Source: Halobacteriovoraceae bacterium (GTDB lineage Bacteria; Bdellovibrionota; Bacteriovoracia; Bacteriovoracales; Bacteriovoracaceae). From it: a DNA stretch of 64,000 nucleotides. The stretch is from NCBI GenBank assembly GCA_963719505.1, contig CAVRCF010000002.1:224001-288000 (forward strand), given 5' to 3'. This document shows positions 61,438-64,000 of this stretch, piece by piece. The number at the start of each line of letters is the position of its first letter. Position 1 is the stretch's first letter. Both the position numbers and the translations under genes were made by a program. A model generated the notes under the pieces. The model saw nothing but the letters and a program-made list of their open reading frames with translations. It was not told where the DNA came from and searched no databases.

Positions 61438-62457
61438 TTAACGCCTATTCTTGTTCCAAGAAATTCCTAATGTGAGAAGCTTTGAGATAAGCTCTTTGTA
61501 TTTGAGTCCATGGGCTTCTGCCGCTTCAGGAAACTCATCTCCACATTGAATTCCAGGATTTGGATTGGCCTCTAGAAAATAGGGTTTCCCATTTTCGTGA
61601 AATCTAAAATCTAGTCTTGCATAACCGGACAGTCCCAGTGCTTTATAGACTTTTTTTGTGAGTTTCATTAATTGATCAATTTCTTCAGGAGTTAAGTTGG
61701 AAGCCTCAACGGATTGGATTCCATACTTTTCCCGGTAGTCATCATCCCACTTGACTTTTTCTGTCGCGAACTTCTTTGTGCCTTTAGGAAGTTTGGAAAA
61801 TTCAAGTTCCCACACAGGAAAGGTCGTGACTCTTTGATTGCCCATGATTCCCACATAGAGCTCTCGTCCTTTAATATATTGCTCCGCTATCGCATCTGTT
61901 TCCACACTTTCATGAATAAAGGAGACTCGCTCTTTAAGAGCTTCAAAATTATTAACCACAGAAGCCTGTGCAATTCCTGTTGATGATTCGGCCGTGGTGG
62001 ACTTTACAATAAGAGGATAGATGAGCTTTTTTGTGTCTCTTATTTTTTGGTTTTTAGGAAAAACAAAAAACTTAGGAACGGGAATCTTATGATAGGCCAA
62101 AATCTTTTTACTGAGCGCTTTATCTCTAGCAAGGGTAAGCCCACGAGGATTGCATCCTGTATAGGCTTGTTTTTTAAGTTCTAGGTAAGAGACTATATGC
62201 TGGTCGAAAGTGGGCTCACTATCAAATTCTTCCAGAAGATTGAAAACAATATGAGGCTTAAAGTCATTGAGTGCATTTCTTAGAAGCTCTAAATTTCCGA
62301 TAAGACCCAAAGGCTCGACGGTATGACCTAACTCTGTAAGGGTCTGCATGACATCGTATTCTGTTTTCCAATCTGCACTAATATACTCTTTTTGCGTAAA
62401 TTCTTTGGGAGGAATTAAATCTGTATGCATTAAAACCAAGACTTTTAACTTCGCCAT
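61438..62457 (-). CDS. D-Ala-D-Ala-ligase-like ATP-grasp enzyme
   Basis: FNLLE, YTG, DKAL, PLIVK, EQYIKGRE, YARLDFR, LEANPNP. Confidence 0.85.
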   Translation of the reverse strand: MAKLKVLVLMHTDLIPPKEFTQKEYISADWKTEYDVMQTLTELGHTVEPLGLIGNLELLRNALNDFKPHIVFNLLEEFDSEPTFDQHIVSYLELKKQAYTGCNPRGLTLARDKALSKKILAYHKIPVPKFFVFPKNQKIRDTKKLIYPLIVKSTTAESSTGIAQASVVNNFEALKERVSFIHESVETDAIAEQYIKGRELYVGIMGNQRVTTFPVWELEFSKLPKGTKKFATEKVKWDDDYREKYGIQSVEASNLTPEEIDQLMKLTKKVYKALGLSGYARLDFRFHENGKPYFLEANPNPGIQCGDEFPEAAEAHGLKYKELISKLLTLGISWNKNRR

Positions 62458-62460
62458 TTC

Positions 62461-63504
62461 TTATCTCGCTATTCGGTGACTACCGTTGTGGATATATTCA
62501 ATTGTAACGACTGATAACATTGATATAAATTGGTTTTTAGATTCCTCAGCAGGAAATCTTAATTTTAATCCAAGCTTGTCACATCTTGCGATAATTTGTT
62601 GGAGTATCTCGTTGATGGTGTACTGATAAGCACCCGTCCAAGGTGAGACACTTTTTCTAACATCTTTTTTAATTTTTCGAATAAATGTCGACGCTTTTGT
62701 CTTGAGACAAAGCTCCGGGTTATTGGTGAAAAGTTTTAAAAGGTGAACATCGTACACATCCTGGTAATCAAGTCCGTAGTGTTTCACCTTTTGGGCAAAG
62801 TGATCTTCCAGTTTAATTTTTAACGAAGACTGTGGGTCGATCTTTCTTTTGGTGCTGATAGCAGGTTTGACTTCAATCAGCTCGCTCATAAGCTCATCCA
62901 TATAAAGGAGCTTTTGATAAGCTCCCTTCCAGTCTTTGTATTTTTTTTGCCACGCTGACCTTGGATTGAGCCATACCGCAAAAGTTTCAGCAAAGTCCTC
63001 ATCGGGGTGACTTTGAGCGTACCAACCGTTGACGTGAGTCACATACTTTTTACTAAAAGGTTTTGGTGCATACGAGTCTTCATATTTATCGGTCGACTTT
63101 CCAAAAATTTGTTGGCGTTTTCTCTTTCTTCTTAACTTGAAAGCGTTATCTATAGCGTGACCACATTCGTGACGAAGAAGTTTCATAAAGGTTGCCGGAG
63201 ATCCACCTTCGACATCAAAGAGAAATTTCTCTTGCAGTTTTGCTATTTTTTTATGGGAGAGATAAAAAGGGATCGCAATACCTGTATGTCCATCGGGAGT
63301 AAACCACTCATCTGAAAACCAAAAATAGGGTTTAAATTTATGAAGCCCTTTTGCATCGAGCTCTTCTTGAAGCTTCTCTAAATAGGGGGCAAGGCCTGTT
63401 TTTTCGACCGGGATATAGATGTCTTTTAAGCGAAGGCTTAGCAGTTCGCTACTGCTTTTCTTTGTCCAGGCCGGACTATTTTCAAGTTTCTTAAATAGAC
63501 TCAT
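62461..63504 (-). CDS. Putative zinc-binding metallopeptidase (Peptidase_Mx-like)
   Basis: LRHECGH, YAQSHPDEDFAETFAVWL. Confidence 0.85.
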   Translation of the reverse strand: MSLFKKLENSPAWTKKSSSELLSLRLKDIYIPVEKTGLAPYLEKLQEELDAKGLHKFKPYFWFSDEWFTPDGHTGIAIPFYLSHKKIAKLQEKFLFDVEGGSPATFMKLLRHECGHAIDNAFKLRRKRKRQQIFGKSTDKYEDSYAPKPFSKKYVTHVNGWYAQSHPDEDFAETFAVWLNPRSAWQKKYKDWKGAYQKLLYMDELMSELIEVKPAISTKRKIDPQSSLKIKLEDHFAQKVKHYGLDYQDVYDVHLLKLFTNNPELCLKTKASTFIRKIKKDVRKSVSPWTGAYQYTINEILQQIIARCDKLGLKLRFPAEESKNQFISMLSVVTIEYIHNGSHRIAR

Positions 63505-63637
63505 AGTATTCCCCCGGCTGCGAAAGTTTATCAATTTAGTAGACCATAAATATTTAAGTCATTCAAGGAATTGGACTTTTGGGATCTTTGATTCATTAAA
63601 AAGAGCACAGATTTAAAATATTGGTTTAAACTTTATT

Positions 63638-63847
63638 ATGGATCAAAATCAATTGATGAAACTGGCCAATACAACGATGCCTTTTGGAAAACATAAAGGG
63701 GAGATTCTCATTGATCTTCCTGAAAACTATATCGTTTGGTTCTACTCTCAAGGGCTTCCAGATGGGGAAATAGGTCAGCTTCTGGGGCTTTTGTACGAGA
63801 TAAAGCTCAACGGCCTTGAGTATCTAGTGAAGCCTCTTAAGAGGTAG
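63638..63847 (+). CDS. DUF3820 family protein
   Basis: MPFGKHKG..LIDLPE.Y..WF..EIKLNGLE. Confidence 0.88.
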   Translation: MDQNQLMKLANTTMPFGKHKGEILIDLPENYIVWFYSQGLPDGEIGQLLGLLYEIKLNGLEYLVKPLKR

Positions 63848-63946
63848 AAGGGATTTCTTTGTTGCGCTGCTTTAGAAAATAGACTGAATGAGTGATTAGT
63901 ACTATAGTATAGTTTATTAGTTACGAAAAAGAGACGAAGGATAGAG

Positions 63947-64000
63947 ATGAAAGATTTAGCCTCAAATTATAAAAAACATATTGAAACAAAGATGGCCAAT
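63947..64000 (+). CDS. pepQ: 5' end of a probable Xaa-Pro dipeptidase (runs off the window)
   Basis: MKDLASNYKKHI resembles the PepQ N-terminus; only 18 codons visible. Confidence 0.35.
   Translation, partial: MKDLASNYKKHIETKMAN

Noticed and set aside
49754-62457. Vancomycin-resistance cluster (VanX-like, Ddl-like, carboxypeptidase)
   Set aside because: Genes are dispersed over 12 kb with no vanH/vanRS; ordinary homologs explain them
1416-63616. Short antisense/overlapping ORFs in the track (e.g. 1416-1907, 16576-16905, 41255-41692, 51017-51313, 57862-58044)
   Set aside because: Shadows of well-supported genes on the other strand, with no motifs

Overview
AT-rich bacterial window. The gene content (TIGR02147-like HTH protein, many small secreted ORFans with RxxAS motifs, sigma54/sigma28-like promoters) suggests Bdellovibrionota (Bacteriovorax/Halobacteriovorax-like); this is inference only. 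Layout: (i) 1-5.8 kb, Cu/Ni/Co handling cluster (multicopper oxidase, permease, HupE/UreJ, DmeR/DmeF-like). (ii) ~6.1-22.8 kb, a compact, co-directional integrative conjugative element (ICE): a lipoprotein with a possible protective-antigen-like fold, VirB2/3/4/5/6/8/9/10-like genes, a VirD4 coupling protein, a Replic_Relax (MOB-L-like) relaxase, a ~147-bp imperfect hairpin, tail-less SSB, excisionase and tyrosine integrase, followed by an XRE/ImmA switch with four 21-bp operators. (iii) ~22.8-34.4 kb, ORFan-rich cargo punctuated by att-like, promoter-carrying repeats with a tmRNA/tRNA-Ala-type 3' core. (iv) 34.9-64 kb, mosaic/backbone genes including an ars operon under an Hg-type MerR regulator, a glycosylation cassette, dacB, cstA and an ATP-grasp/peptidase pair. 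Many genes between ~9 and 46 kb are broken by single indels, probably long-read consensus errors. No intact RNA gene or CRISPR array was seen. Family names come from motif recognition; no database search was run.
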